From positions 21,794,434-21,858,433 of the forward strand of contig CM119269.1 in NCBI GenBank assembly GCA_051294375.1: a DNA stretch of 64,000 nt. The letters run 5' to 3'. Positions 1 to 15,432 of this stretch are shown here, piece by piece (position 1 is the first letter of the stretch; the number at the start of each line of letters is the position of its first letter). The stretch is from Paraspadella gotoi (lineage: Eukaryota; Animalia; Chaetognatha). The position numbers and the translations under genes were made by a program. A model generated the notes under the pieces. That model was given only the letters and a program-made list of their open reading frames with translations. It did no database searches and had not been told where the DNA came from.

Positions 1-3000
1 GCTGGTCAAGTGCTTGCCTCTGCAAAACAGCCCTGACGCTTTCTCAACTCCTCCTTCAACTCAACGATGCGCTCCCTTAAGTTTGATGCCGCAATCAGGA
101 ACATGGACGGACTCCTGGGGTGCAATCGCCGTTAAAGCGCAGCAACGCCAAGATTGAAACTGTTCGTCGACAAGTCTCAACACCTCCAAGTGAACAGCGC
201 GAGTCCGGAGACAAGGTGAAAGCGCCACCATCTTTTGTCGTGCCATCGACGACCCAATCGAACGTAAATGCGACCAAATAGGTCTACACGGTAGAGAGGA
301 ATGGTGCTCGTGTCAACGACGATCGGTAGAAGCGGTGCCATTTTCTGTCAAGGGGTTGCGCTCGCTCTTCGGCAATGAAACAATTGCCATCTCATTGATC
401 TTGGTGGCGAGCGCGCCCCCAATGATCCAGAACTTAGACCGAAGGGGGCAACGTGGCCTCCACCCCACTGCCGCCACTCTTCATGATACTTCTGAATCAG
501 GTCCTTGACAAGGACTGGATGCGACGATGGGAGAATCCATGGGTGCCTAGTCTATAACTCCTCGTCCGCCTTGTCAAGTCTGCCACCAACCCTAAGGTGC
601 CGGCATCATCAACAAAGGGGTCAAGGGCTTTCTCAGAGGCGATATTCCCCGATCGAAAGCTCTCGTCTCGGACATCTCTCCTAAAATCGCCCAAACGCTT
701 CAATTCCTGCAGAGAATGACGCTGCGCAATAACCGGACCAAGGTCACCTCAGCACGCTCCAAGAGGATCAAGAGATATGCGAGGAAACCCTGAAGAGGTG
801 GTCCAGAAACCGCTGCAGATCGAAATGCGTCGAAACGCTCTTTTCCATGTTGAAACATTCTCAAAGAGGCGGTCAACAAAGTCATCCTTCACAGCACTAG
901 TAACATTAAGATGTCACTTCTGGCACGACGTAACTTCTTCGCGCTCTGCGTCAATCTGCTCCACTGGCAGCACTCGGGCAACTCTCGAGAACTGGGACCT
1001 GATGAGTTGGTACCCACTTCTCCTTCTCATCAAAGCCCTCAAGCCCCTGGAACATGTCAGCTGGATTAACGTTCCGTGGGGACATTTCTCACTGGATCAG
1101 GCGTCGCTCCTTTGCAGGATCTTTGTGAACGCGATTCGCAACCAAAAAGCCTTAAAAACGGGTCTCTGTATTGCGAATCGTTTCTAGGACACATGGAATC
1201 CGACCACAGAGTCAGCTGAGTCTGCTTCTCATCGAGTTCTTTGTCTAACAGACTGTAGAGGTCAACCGCCACGACTGCAGCATCAATTTCAAGACGCGGG
1301 AGGTCTCCTCAACAGCCTTGTTTCTCATGATATGGGTTGCCACCATCGATCTGCGAGGTCCAAAAACAAATATGACTTTGCCAGTGACACTCACAAAGCG
1401 AAGAAAGCACCGCCAACCATATTGCTTCCATGAAGGCATCACCAAACAGGTGGAGCTGCTGCAGCAACATCTCCAAACTCGATGGGAAGATGGTATCTCC
1501 TGAGCCTTAATTTTTCAAATCTCGCCAGGGAATCCTCTCCATTCCATGGAACAATCTAATCATCCTTGGGCAACCATGGATCATCCCAATGCACCCTTCT
1601 CACACCAAGCGCTTGAAGTATAGCTTTGGCAAAAAGATGGGCAGGGGAATACGATTCTAAGGGTCATACAGGGATGCTACCACCCATTCAACTGCCTTCT
1701 TAGGTCCTTCACTTCTCCCCCCTCCTTAAGGTGACTCACCTTAAAGGGCCAAAATCATCTGTGCCTCGATCATAAGCTACGCCAGGCCTTGCCCATCAGC
1801 TCATCAGGATCCTTCACCTCTTCAGGGTCTGATGGCCCACAATCTTCCCAATCTCCTGCCCCTCAGGCGTCATTCCATCGCCATTTGGTGAGTTGAAACC
1901 CACCCAGCCGGCAAACAACTCCTTGCAGTTCAATGTGACTTTCTTTTTAGCATCTTCAAAGATGCCTGACCATTTCATAATGTTCATCGACATTACAAGT
2001 CCCGCTTAAAACTCCTCAAACGTGACAGGATGGTATTTTGTCCGACCTAGCGTCAGCCAGTACTTGACCACAAATGCACAGGCAGATGGGGAGGGCTTCA
2101 AACCGAAACACGTCACGCAGAGCTTTGGGATCCAAGGTCAAGACTCAGAATCACGCAAAAGGCCAAACCTCAAAGTTCTGTGTCGGAGGAGAAACCCTCA
2201 CCTGGTGAAGAAACCTTTTCACATCCGCCATCAGCCACTATAGGCTTCTCCCTTAAAGCGAAGCAAGATGCCGATTAACTTGCTGTTCAAGTCTGGACCT
2301 CCATAGCTGACTTAATTCAAACTTATACCTCTTACTTCAGCTTTAGCATCACTGGCAAATCCTGACCTTCCCGGGCTTATCATCTCTACGAACGAGCACT
2401 ATGGGCATTGTCCAGATTGGCTGAAGAGGGTCAACTGAACTTCTGAGATCTCAAGGAGGCGACTCCTTCATCCAACACTCCTTGACACATCCATTCACTA
2501 TGTCAAAGGCTTTCACGATCGCGAAGCAACTTAGCAATGGGCTTTCTCGGCTCTCTTATTAGCCAGTGCACGATGTGTCAACCTTAGAAAGGTTCATCGC
2601 AGCAGCTTTACGGCCACCTTTCCATGGGAGAGCAAACCCGAAATGCCCATCAACCAATTCAATTGATTGCCGAGACTTCTTCAGCCTCCCAAATCATCTA
2701 GATCGACCATCCTTCTCATGAGGCAGGTCACCAATCCCCCTGAGCAACGATTCAAAGCCGTCGAGACAGCTCTTCATTGTCCAGGGTGATAATGGGGCTG
2801 ACAAAACTGAGCTGGGGAGTTAGAGGCCTCGACCGGTAACAGTCCAGGCCCCAGAAGGTCTTCACTTGCTGTCCCAGGCCAGACTTGCCTCCATGCCTGA
2901 CACAAGTAAGGCTTGCCGATACAGCTAGCCGCCTTAGTGTCAGTGCAGGGGAAGTCATACCTTCCATTCACATATCGCGCCTGGATTCTGAACATCCCAA

Positions 3001-3470
3001 CAAGCGAAGAGCTGGAGGAGTTCATACTCTCTTTCCAAATCGTTAGGGTTTTGATTTCTACTCTAGCGCCAGTAGCGTAGAGCAGAAGCCATATTGTCAT
3101 TGTCAGGGGTAAGTTGGTCCATAGTATTGTGCCAAAAAAATCGGCACCATGATCACATCAATCTCATTCCTGTCCAATCATGGAAGGACCAACTTCCATG
3201 AAGATGCGGAAAACTTAGTTAAATCTTTATTCTTAGGATGTGAACTCCATGGCCTGCTGGTATATCAGCAACGATACAGAATCCACATCCTCACTGTATA
3301 AGCCATCTATTGAATTCCAAAGTGAAATCAACCTGATCTCTTTCTCCACGCTTGGTGGAGTCCAGAGTCGCCGGCCACTGCATCTCCACAGATGAAGTCC
3401 TTCCAAAAAGCAGCTCCTCACCAACCTTCTCGACATAAAGTACGTTACTCCAGAATCCAACAATGCGTAA
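1..3470 (-). pseudogene. pol: Disrupted BEL/Pao pol (aspartic protease, reverse transcriptase, RNase H, integrase zinc finger and core)
   Basis: Motifs listed above are spread over many short ORFs (e.g. 61..246 CLRTRAVHLEV; 3233..3463 LDSG; 1066..1272 LWSDS). The frameshifts could be decay or uncorrected long-read indels. Confidence 0.88.
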
Positions 3471-3559
3471 AACTTCAGTTACCTTGTCAGGACCCTTGAC
3501 ACGAACCCGCTACAATCGCGATAAGCTGGAGATGAAAGCAAACCTGTGCGGTCGCACTT

Positions 3560-4640
3560 ATGAGACCCTGGGCAGGTTGAGCATCAAAATGAAGAGCGTG
3601 TGGTGTAGATCTGATTCGCACTTGCTACACGTCTCTTTGACCAGCAATCTTGGTCGCATGTGTCCTCGCCGCAGCCCATCGATACGCATCTGCCAGTGGC
3701 TCCGAATCTGGGAAACTCGTTCCAGACAAACAGATTTTGATTTTGAACACGAAACAATCAAAAATATTGTGTTCATTTTTACATACTTGACAATTACGGA
3801 ATCTTCTTTCGGCCACAGCAGTGGACAGTCACGCAGGTGTTCATTGCTGATGCCTTTGAATCTTCTCCAACTGTTTCCCTGACTGCTGCTGCTGGGTCCC
3901 AGGCTTCTTAAATCCCTAGCCACCTTAGCAGTTTCTGAAAACTGCTTGGGCCTTGGAATCAGCAGATTGCCTGTACAATGTTACCTTGCAGTGCAGCAGC
4001 CTTGGGCCTTGATGGGCTGCTGACTTCACCTTTTGACGCCCAAAAAGGAGATTCCATCTCCAAAACTTGTTCATGAATAAAGGAAATAAAAGCAGTAAAA
4101 CCCAGCTATACGATTCAACGTACGTCATCTTATTGGTGATATTTTCTTCCAAGCTTCTTCTGAGAAGGGGACGGTCTTTCGATGATTCTCGCAGGACGTC
4201 AAGGATTTCAAACTCTTAATCATCATTGATTTTGGCTACCTTTGCCTCCATTGGAGATCCCACAAAATTCGCGCAGACCATGTGATCAGAGGATTTGATC
4301 TCCCCCCTTTTAGAAGCTCTTCCAATTTTATCCAAAGCTGTACATTTCTTGTAAGCCCAATGTTCACGCGCAATCTTGTCTTCGCAAGCTCCAGAGCTTC
4401 ATCACCATTAGCATTGCATCTTAAATTCTGTTATGGCCCATATTGGCCGCTCCCGGTCCACCTCCAACAACTCAAAAACTTATCATGCCCAGTCATGCCT
4501 TGAACACTTCAACGTGTAAAGCGAATTCCCACAGGAAAGTCACAACCTGTGGCTGTGCCTGCCATTTTCTGCCTGAGATGACGCTTACCTTGCAGAGTGC
4601 TGCCACCAACCATTATTGCAGCAGGGCATAGTTCCTGGGA
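3560..4640 (-). pseudogene. gag: Disrupted BEL/Pao gag with C-terminal CCHC zinc knuckles
   Basis: ORF 3558..3923 contains HLRDCP and TCSKCESDLHHTLF. It lies upstream of the protease motif and shows nucleotide similarity to 18370-19190. Confidence 0.75.
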
Positions 4641-5345
4641 ACTGAAATGTTAGGGACCGGAGGAAGGGCTGCGCAATTGCGGGTGCTGCCGCGCTAACCA
4701 AGAGGGAAGAGGATTAATTAGAGGAACCCAAACCCCTGCCAAAGGATCAAGAGCAATAGCACCTGGTGAAGACTTGAAATCGATGTTCTTCCTTTAATGA
4801 TATTCTTCTCTACTGCTGTTGCAGCAGCAGCATCAACCTCCATTTGGAAGCATTCCAATCACGGGGAGTGCTTCGAGTCCAGTCTGCAACCATATCCTGT
4901 GTAGGCTGAGGAGGAATATCCTCTCTCTTTTTTTNNNNNNNNNNNNNNNNNNNNNNNNNGCTGAGTTTGATAAAAAGTGGCAAGTGGAATCCACGGCGAT
5001 GTTAATTCCTGAAGAACGATATCGTCTTTGAGGTTGAGTCCTCAGCAACTAACTTTATCATATCTCGAATTTCCATAAAAGGCTGAAAGCGACACCAAAT
5101 ATTTTCACTTCTGAAAGAGAAAGTTCTTCTACTTAGGTTAAGGAAGCAAGAAAGCAATTCGTCGCAGTTTACGTATTTGGGAGAAATGGGAGGAAGCTAA
5201 TGATATCTGAAATGATAACTGATATCTTGTTTGTTTAATTAATGATGGTGATATAAAACTTTACCATCGCGTCAGACTAAATTTGGTTTTCCCCTCATTT
5301 TACACCACTCGAGGGGGATATCCTCATTCTATCGTTTAACAGGCG

Positions 5346-5947
5346 TACGACTAAGGCGTAGTAAAATATTCTAAATTTAACTTTAATTAAAATTCTAAAA
5401 GTGAGAAGAATGAAAACATATTACTAATGAACATTTATATAAAAAAAAATTATATTAAATTTTACAATTTACGCAGTAGGCCATATTTATATTAGTACTA
5501 AACCAATAAATGTTAAAATTTCAAACAGTTTTTTCTAAGATTTTTTGCAGATTTGGATTCGTCATAAAAAAGTTGATAAAAAAAAAATTCCTTCATTAAG
5601 TGGTCAAAAATTAGAAAAAGCTATATTTTAACTGAAAAATTAACTTTTTATATATTTAAATATTAGTTTTTTTAAATTTAACCCACTTAATGAAAGAATT
5701 TTTAAAAATGATTTATATTTTTTTTTATCAACTTTGACGAGAATTCAAATTGCAATGAAAAAATTAAGAAAAGCCTTATTTTGAAATTTTTTCGATTTTA
5801 TAAGGATAGTACTATATATTAATATAGCCTACTGCGAAAATTAAAAAGCATAAATTTTTTTTTTTACAAATTAATGTCACTGATGGTATGTGTTCATAAT
5901 TGACTTTTAGAATTTTTGTATGTAACTTCACTATCGCTTTAGTACTA
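5346..5947. mobile_element. AT-rich imperfect palindrome (foldback/MITE-like)
   Basis: Arms pair by eye: cgcagtaggccatatttatattagtacta (~5472-5500) with tagtactatatattaatatagcctactgcg (~5807-5836); aagttgataaaaaaa...ttcattaagtgg with ccacttaatgaa...ttttatcaactt; centre ~5650. Confidence 0.7.
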
Positions 5948-6489
5948 CATTGACGCCTTACAGCGCCATCACCGTCTTTTCCACTTCCTCTCTCTCAACT
6001 GTCACGCCATCTCCCTTTTTTTTCCACAGTCAACGCGGACGTCGACCGGCGGGGGAATTTTTTTGGCGTCAATTTCCGACTGAATTATTTTCTACCTTCC
6101 GTCACTTTTTTTTTTGTTTTGTCATGTCCACTTTCTGATTTTTATGGTCCCCTTCATCGCTGTCGTTTTTTGTCATATAATTTGAATTTCATTCATCTAA
6201 TCCTTATTTATTCTCTTTTTAATGTTCTGTCGTTTTCTACTTTACAACCGTGAGTGCTCTTTCATTGCGTAAAGACGTGGTGTTTTAAGGACTCTCTCTC
6301 TCTCTCTCTCTCTCGCTCTCTCGCTCTCTCTCTCTCTTTCAATTACGACAAGGGCGTTAAACTTCCACAAATTGGATCCCGCGCATCGAAGTCTAAATTG
6401 ATCGAAGGTAAAAAGAAATGAGATGAGTTCGAATTTGGGGGCAGAGAGGAACTGCGCCGGTGGGCACTTGGGACCCGGCGATAAGGCGC

Positions 6490-6710
6490 CGGGCACGTAA
6501 AATGCCGCGCCAGGCATGTAAAATGAAGGCTTGTGAGAAGCGTCATCAGGCTTGTGAGAAGCGAAATTATGGCTTGTGAGAAGCGGAATTTGTTTGTATA
6601 AGAGCTGGCTCTGTGCATCACATGTAGAATAAGCGAGGCAGGGCACGTGAGAAGTGAAATCGGGCACGTGAGAAGCGAAATCGGGCACGTGATACACGAA
6701 GCCGGGCACG
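6490..6710 (+). repeat. 21-bp minisatellite (GGGCACGTGAGAAGCGAAATC / GGCTTGTGAGAAGCG variants)
   Basis: Units start at ~6528, 6549, 6571, 6641, 6662, 6683, 6704. Confidence 0.85.
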
Positions 6711-6854
6711 AGGGATGCGTCAGGCAGAGATAAACAAATGGTAAGGAGATATCAGGTGAGGTTCAAGGAAGGAGAGGTAAGCGAAACAGCAAGGAAGTGG
6801 GAACTATATTCCAAAAGTGACAGATTTCGATAAAAATTCAGAATTAAAAACATT

Positions 6855-7121
6855 TTTAGGTTAAAAAATTAGGATAGGATTTAAAAATAGGTTAAGAATT
6901 TGGGTTAGGGGTGAGTTTAGAGATTATGGTTAGGGGTGAGGTTAGGAATTAGGGTTGTGGGTGAGGTTAGGTATTTGTTTAAATATTTGGTTTAGGATTA
7001 AGTCAGGGGATTAAGGTTTAGGATAGGGAAATAAGGTTAGGTATTCGAGTTAGTGATTTGGGATTAGGGTTAAGAATTAGGTTAAGGTATAGGGTTTAGT
7101 AATTTATAAAAAATTAAGGTT
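6855..7121 (+). repeat. Degenerate interstitial TTAGG/TTAGGG-like array
   Basis: Repeated ggttagg, gggttaggg, attagg and tttagg motifs over ~270 bp. Confidence 0.75.
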
Positions 7122-8768
7122 AACCATTGAATTTAAAATTAAGTTCAGGAAATAGGAACGCAAATAGGACGCTTTCGAAAAATAGTGCCAAAAATGCAAA
7201 GATTTTGCCCGGGTGAGTGAAACGCGAGGAAGTAAACTCAAGAAACGAAGCGAAATTTATCTCAGTGGAATTCCGAAATTCGAGCTTTCTAATCTCTCTC
7301 TCTCTCTCTCTCTCATTCTCCACGAACGCGGCTCCTCAATCTCCCTCTTCTCTCCTCTCATCTTTCCATCTTCTCGTCTCATCTCTTCACTCTCTTCCTT
7401 CCTAGTTTTTCTCGTTTTCCAACATTTTGTTCGAATTAAATTTTTTTTCCCGCACAACTTTAATTACTTTCGGCCACAAGAGAGAAATTTGTGACTTTTA
7501 AACGTAATTCGTTATTAATTTTTTTAATTTTATTAAATATTCCTTACTTTTTTAACAAACTTCCTTTTTTTGTTAAATTAACTTGCGGGTTTAAAATTTG
7601 TCAGAACTTAGAAGGATGTTGACTCGAGAATCGAGATACACAAGATTTCGTTATGAATCTTTATTCACTGAAAAATCCTATGTTTCTTGGTCTTTGCCCT
7701 ATTTCAAATGATCCATTTGGATATTTTAATAATGTTGGGGAATTGTAAATGTGGTTATTAAAAATTTCCCAAAACTGGGCCTCAAGATATGTGATGCCGA
7801 ATATAAAATTATATGACACTCATGGTGCAAACTACAACAACAACAACGACGAAGAGAATGAAATCCAAAAGGAGGATGAGACATTAATTAAAAGACGACG
7901 ATGACGACGAAGACAATGAAAACGACGACAAAGACGACTATTTACGACAAAGGTGCCAAACGAGTGGGTTGATGAAAACGACGACGACAATGACGACCAT
8001 TAGGACGACGACGACGATACCATCCGGGAAAAAAGATAAGTCGCCAGTTAGTCAAACGTTTTAGCGACGTATTCATTTTCCAAGATGGTAAAATAACAAT
8101 GATAAAAACTATGACAAAGTTTACAAAGTGTCGTTGAAAACGACGACGACGATGAAGACGACGAAGAAGACGATGAAGACGACGAAGAAGACGAGAAGAA
8201 GACGATGAAGAACGACGAAGAGAAGACGAAGAGATGAAGACGATGAAGAAGACGTCGAAGAGACGATGAAGACGAAAAGAAGACGAGACGAAAGAAGAAT
8301 GATGAAGACGATGAAGAAGACGTCGAAAGAAGACGAATGAAAGGACGACGAAGAAGAGCGAAGAGAACGACGAGAAGATCGATGAAAGACGATGAAGAAA
8401 CGACGAAGAAGACGATGAAGACGCGAAGAAGACGACGAAGACGACGATGAAGACGATGAAGAAGACGACGAAGAAGACGATGAAGACGACGACGAAGAAC
8501 AACGATGAGTACGATGACAAGAACGACGATGAGAAAAACTACGACAAAGGTGCCAAACGAGGGTTGGATGAAAACGACGACGACGACGACGACAATGAAG
8601 ACGACGAAGGCGTTAACGATGGCGACATGCAGATGAGATCTAGTGAAACGACGAGAGAGGGAGAGACGACGACGTCGAGGTCGACGATGAAGACGACGAC
8701 GACAAAAACGACGTTTTAAAGCAGAAAAGAGTAAAATTGCGACGAATGAAAGCAATAGAAGGACAACT

Positions 8769-8808
<40 letters not shown>

Positions 8809-9009
8809 AGATACGAGAACCTGCGTCAATAGATTTTAATAGCAAAACCTCAGGGAAAATATTTTTTTTAATAATAACCAGCTAGAATATTTACAGTAGT
8901 TTAGGTAGGAAACAATAGATTTAATAGTTTGATTCAACATCGTATTTTTAAAGATCATAAAAAACCTAAAAATATTTTTAACATATTGAGTGACGTAAAA
9001 ATTGTCATT

Positions 9010-9043
<34 letters not shown>

Positions 9044-9299
9044 AACAACGACGAAAACAACAACAACAAAAAAGAAAAGGTGTGAACCTCTCAAAGATCC
9101 AAGTTACGCCCGATGACTTATCACCGAGAGTGAGTCTCACTCGGAAAGGTGTCACAAGATGTCTACGAGTTTCAACCAAAGAGCAGACGATCACGACGAC
9201 AACGACGAAGACGACGGCCACAACAACCAAGATCAAAGAAAGGACCACAACGAGGAGGATGACGACAACAACCACAACAACCACGACAACAACCACGAA

Positions 9300-11765
<2,466 letters not shown>

Positions 11766-13994
11766 TCTGCGGGCGGGGGGGGAGAGGCCCGAGGGGTGCG
11801 TGGAAGGGGTGAACTCCGGAACAGGAGAGGTTAGGGTGCTTTGAGTGCGATGGGTGTAAAGATGTATAGTTTCGTCTTCTTCTCCGTCGCTGGTGCTCGT
11901 TGTGGTTTTGTGGCGTGGTGAAGGCGGGTGTCTGGTACTATGGAGAGAGAGAGAAGACGCGAGGAGGAGAGAGAGTACAGGAGAGAGAGTCATAGTCGCA
12001 GAAGAGAGAGAGAGTAGCAGAGTTGGTACCGCACTTATATGTTAAAGAAATATATAGAAATAGTAACAGCAAGCTAATAGTTGTGAGGTTATTTGCTGAT
12101 TTCTCGCAATGGAGATTGTGTAAGAAGATTTATAGACGCAAATTTGCCTCCTTAACAACTTCAGAGTAGAGGAAATAAAGAGAAGAAGAGAGAAAGAAAA
12201 GGAGAAGAGAGAAGAGAGAGCACGAGGAAGATTAGTGAGAGTTCCAGAGTAGGGCACGAGAAGTGGAGGTCAGATAAGAATGAGCAGCCGGTCTAACCTG
12301 ATATTGTTTAGTTCTCAATTGGTAGTACAAATAGGGGCGATGGTTATCGAGGGAAAAAAACGATCAATTATCAATAATTCAAAAGGGAATTACAAGTGAA
12401 AATAAAGGTTACTCGGCCAACACTTGGAGTATTTGGGAAAGTGATACAGAGAACACGGGACTTTCACATTTCTTTTAAGGCTTTTTTCTTTTTGTCTCTT
12501 ATGTCGATACATTACTGAAACAAGAGATGTACACTCACCATCAGATACCAGGCAATGTATCTGTTTGTATTCTATTCTTTTGCTCGCGGGGTTTGAAAAC
12601 ATTTTCATCGTCTTGTCTCATTCATCTTCTCTCTCGCTCAATAGCTTTATTTGGCAGAGCACGGCCTACTCAGTTAGTCTTGAATAAATATTCCATTAAT
12701 TTTTCACTCGGTATACTATTTCTTTTAAAACTATGAGGCGCGTGGCTGGACCACTTCACACTCCTTCCCTTCCCCTATCCTATACTTTCTGTTCAAGGGT
12801 TCGTTAGGTTTTATGTTCTTCACTGTGAAATGGGTCGGATGAGACATGATCCCGGGTTTTCATGTCTCTCTCCTATCCTCCCTCCGTCTCTCTCCTCTCC
12901 TCTCTCTCTACTCTCTCGTCTCTCTCTCGTCCCTCATCTTCCTTCTAGTCTCGTCTCTCTCTTCTCATACACCACCAGATGATTCAGGCACCTAAATTAT
13001 ATTACAAAAAAATAATGGTAACATTTACTTTGGTTTATCTTTTAATAAAATTGAAAAGCAGGATTATTAACATTAATGTCAGCAAGGTCGATAGCGCCTA
13101 CCATAGCTTCGCCGAGTCAAACTGCAACATAACTTAATTATTGAAACACGCATGGATAGACTGTTGTATCCAATTTCTTCTTAATATACATATTCATCGG
13201 AAGTCAACTTTAACATAGTTACCAAGCACTAAATTAGAAAAAAAATTGAAGAAATCGCTTTTCAAACGAAAATTGCAAAGTGAAAGACAAGAAAATTACG
13301 CATAAATTGCCAAACTCTGCAGAGAAAATGCCAATGACAGCAAAGCGTCCTTCCGTGCACGAGTGTCGATAACGTTTCTTTAATTTCGAGAAGACAAACA
13401 ATTTTTCCCTTTTTTTCTCTTTTCTGTCTTTCTCTTTGCCCGGATTTTTAGCCTCTTTTGGACCTTTTTTTGCCATGAAGGTTTTCTTGCTGAATAAACA
13501 ATCGCTTAATTGTCCATTACATTTCTTCTGAACTTAATTGTAATTTTAAACCTAAGTAATGTAATGTAATGTAATGTAAACAGTAAACAAATCTAATCCT
13601 CGAAACAGTTTTTCAAGTTTTTGAAAGGTTTAAAGACCTAACTTTCCAGTAAGAATAATTTCTCCTTTCTACTTTTTAAATATCCACCGATTTTTTTGTA
13701 AAAGTTCTTCCAATATTGCCTCAGATTCAAACATTTTCCGACATCACTCTGATATTGGCTTTTCCCATGTCAACTTCTTCATTTCAATCCTTGTCCTTCC
13801 CGCGTCTCTCTCCTATCTCTCTTCATCTTAACTTCCGTATTCTTCTGTTTCCCTTCCCTCCTTTTTCCTTTCGGGATCTCGCTCGTCGACCTGTCTCTCG
13901 TCTTCTAATCTTCCTATCGCCTTCACTTCTTTCTCCGCCTCTCCTCGCACCAAGAAACACATTCTTCCTNNNNNNNNNNNNNNNNNNNNNNNNN

Positions 13995-15432
13995 CCTTTA
14001 AATTTCTTTTCATTTACTAAGTACAGAGAGACGCAGTTAAACCGACGATAAAAAGGAAGAAGTAAAAGAGACGCGACGAGGAATGAAAGAAAGGAAAAAG
14101 GAAAAAGGAGGGAAAAATAAAGGAAAAGAAATAGAAAAAGAAAAGATGAAAGAAAGGTAGAAAATTAAAGATCAAAAAGGTAAAGAAAACGAGGAAAAAA
14201 GTAGAAAAACGACATGAGAAGAGGAAAAAGGAAAAGGACAAAAAGAAGGAAAAAGAGAGATAAAAGAAGAAAGGAGAAGAAAAGGTGAAAAAAAGAAAAG
14301 TAGAAAAAAGAAAAGGAAGAGGAAAAGAAAAAAAAGGAAAGAGAACAGTAGAAAAAGGAAAAAAAAGATGATTTCTTATGGAGGCGATAAAAATCTATGT
14401 TTAGTTTAAATAAATCAACGACTACATTTTCATTTTCTTTGAGGCAATTATTCTTAACTGTTATTCTTTTGTCAACTTCTTTATTCATTTCTAAATATAA
14501 TTTATAATTTATCAAAATTCATAGTGAGAAATAAATAAAGAAGTTAAATCTACTGTTAACCAAAAACTAATTGATAATGTAGTGTTTGATTTTCTTTGTT
14601 GTAAATGGAGATTAATGGATTAATTTTTATCATGGTTTATAAATTTGTTACCATAAACTAAAGCTTCATTTTAACCGAATTTAAAAGCGACTAAAACCGC
14701 GACGACGACGAAAACGACGACGAAAACGACAACGAAAAAAACGATGAAGACGACGACGAAAACGACGACGAAAACGACGACGAAAACAACGACGAAAACG
14801 ACGACGATAAAAACGACAACGTTGCCTTTTTTTGTTTCCATTTTTTCGATGGTCGATTTAGTCTCCTTCCGCTCCCGATTTCCGCTCCCGATTTCCGCTT
14901 CCCATTTCCGCTTCTAAATTCCGCTTTGAGGGACAACCGCCTCAATCTAATTTGCATATTGCAAATTTTTCTCGTTTATCTTTGATCCCCGCCCCGTTTT
15001 GGGATCGGCCTTGCCAGCGCCTTTTTTTTTTATGCAAGCAAAGAACTCCCTCTCTATCGTATCCCCTTCGTTTCGTCTCTGTCCCCCGATTTTTCTGTTG
15101 TCTCAATGCCACGTCTGAAACTCCCCCGCCCCATCTCCATCTCTTAACGCGTTTATCACGAGACTAAAAATAAATCAAAATAAAATAAAGGAGAATAAAA
15201 AAGGAAAGACTTTCTCGCCATCTTTTTGTAGCAAAAATTAGGGAAAAAAATCAAAATTATTTTTGAAGATAAATATTATATTACTTTATTATTTAGATAG
15301 ACTGAGAGAGAGAGAGAGTCTTGATTGAAAGCTTGCAGGGTCCCGCAAGAGGGAAGCAAGTCTTAACCCTATCATAGTCAGTAAGGTGGAACAAGTAAAA
15401 ACTAAGAGTTCTGTAATATAAATAACGTTAGA
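13995..15432 (+). repeat. Duplicated segment containing 12-bp (AAAACGACGACG) and 13-bp (TTCCGCTCCCGAT) minisatellites; inverted copies at 15525-16411 + 21274-21905 and ~36670-38005
   Basis: Begins right after a 25-N gap. Unique blocks such as gatccccgccccgttttgggatcggccttgccagcgcc recur inverted at ~15945-15985 and ~36945-36985. Confidence 0.88.

Larger units (their letters stand above)
1..4930 (-). mobile_element. BEL/Pao LTR retrotransposon internal region (gag-PR-RT-RH-IN), frameshifted; runs off the window at 1 and ends at an N gap, no LTR visible
   Basis: Minus-strand motifs read across frameshifts, in BEL order: CCHC knuckles (~3590-3850), ALLDSG protease (~3445-3467), PIVLVRRDDKPGKVRIC (~2353-2415), GPDLNSKLIGILLRF (~2250-2300), FGLKPSP (~2085-2110), YVDD-like (~1983-1998), GGFQLTKW (~1880-1908), FGDAS RNase H (~1420-1446), LWSDS, VPT-NPAD (~1055-1085), FWII (~418-432), VDLFG (~270-290), TRAVHLEV (181-207). 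Confidence 0.93.

Noticed and set aside
2490-2530. Minus-strand IVKAFDIV, suggesting a non-LTR (R2/LINE) reverse transcriptase
   Set aside because: The surrounding motifs (KPGKVRI, GPDL..ILLRF, DAS, NPAD, RAVHLE) and the PR-RT-RH-IN order are diagnostic of BEL/Pao, so the KAFD match is coincidental.
6855-7121. True telomere or chromosome-fusion scar
   Set aside because: Short, highly degenerate, single orientation and internal.
9114-9154. Nested hairpin gagtgag-t-ctcactc within tgac/gtca
   Set aside because: Short, single copy, no recognisable RNA family; could be chance.
12860-12900. Possible SMRTbell adapter remnant
   Set aside because: Only CT-rich resemblance; the TTGTTGTTG part of the adapter is absent.
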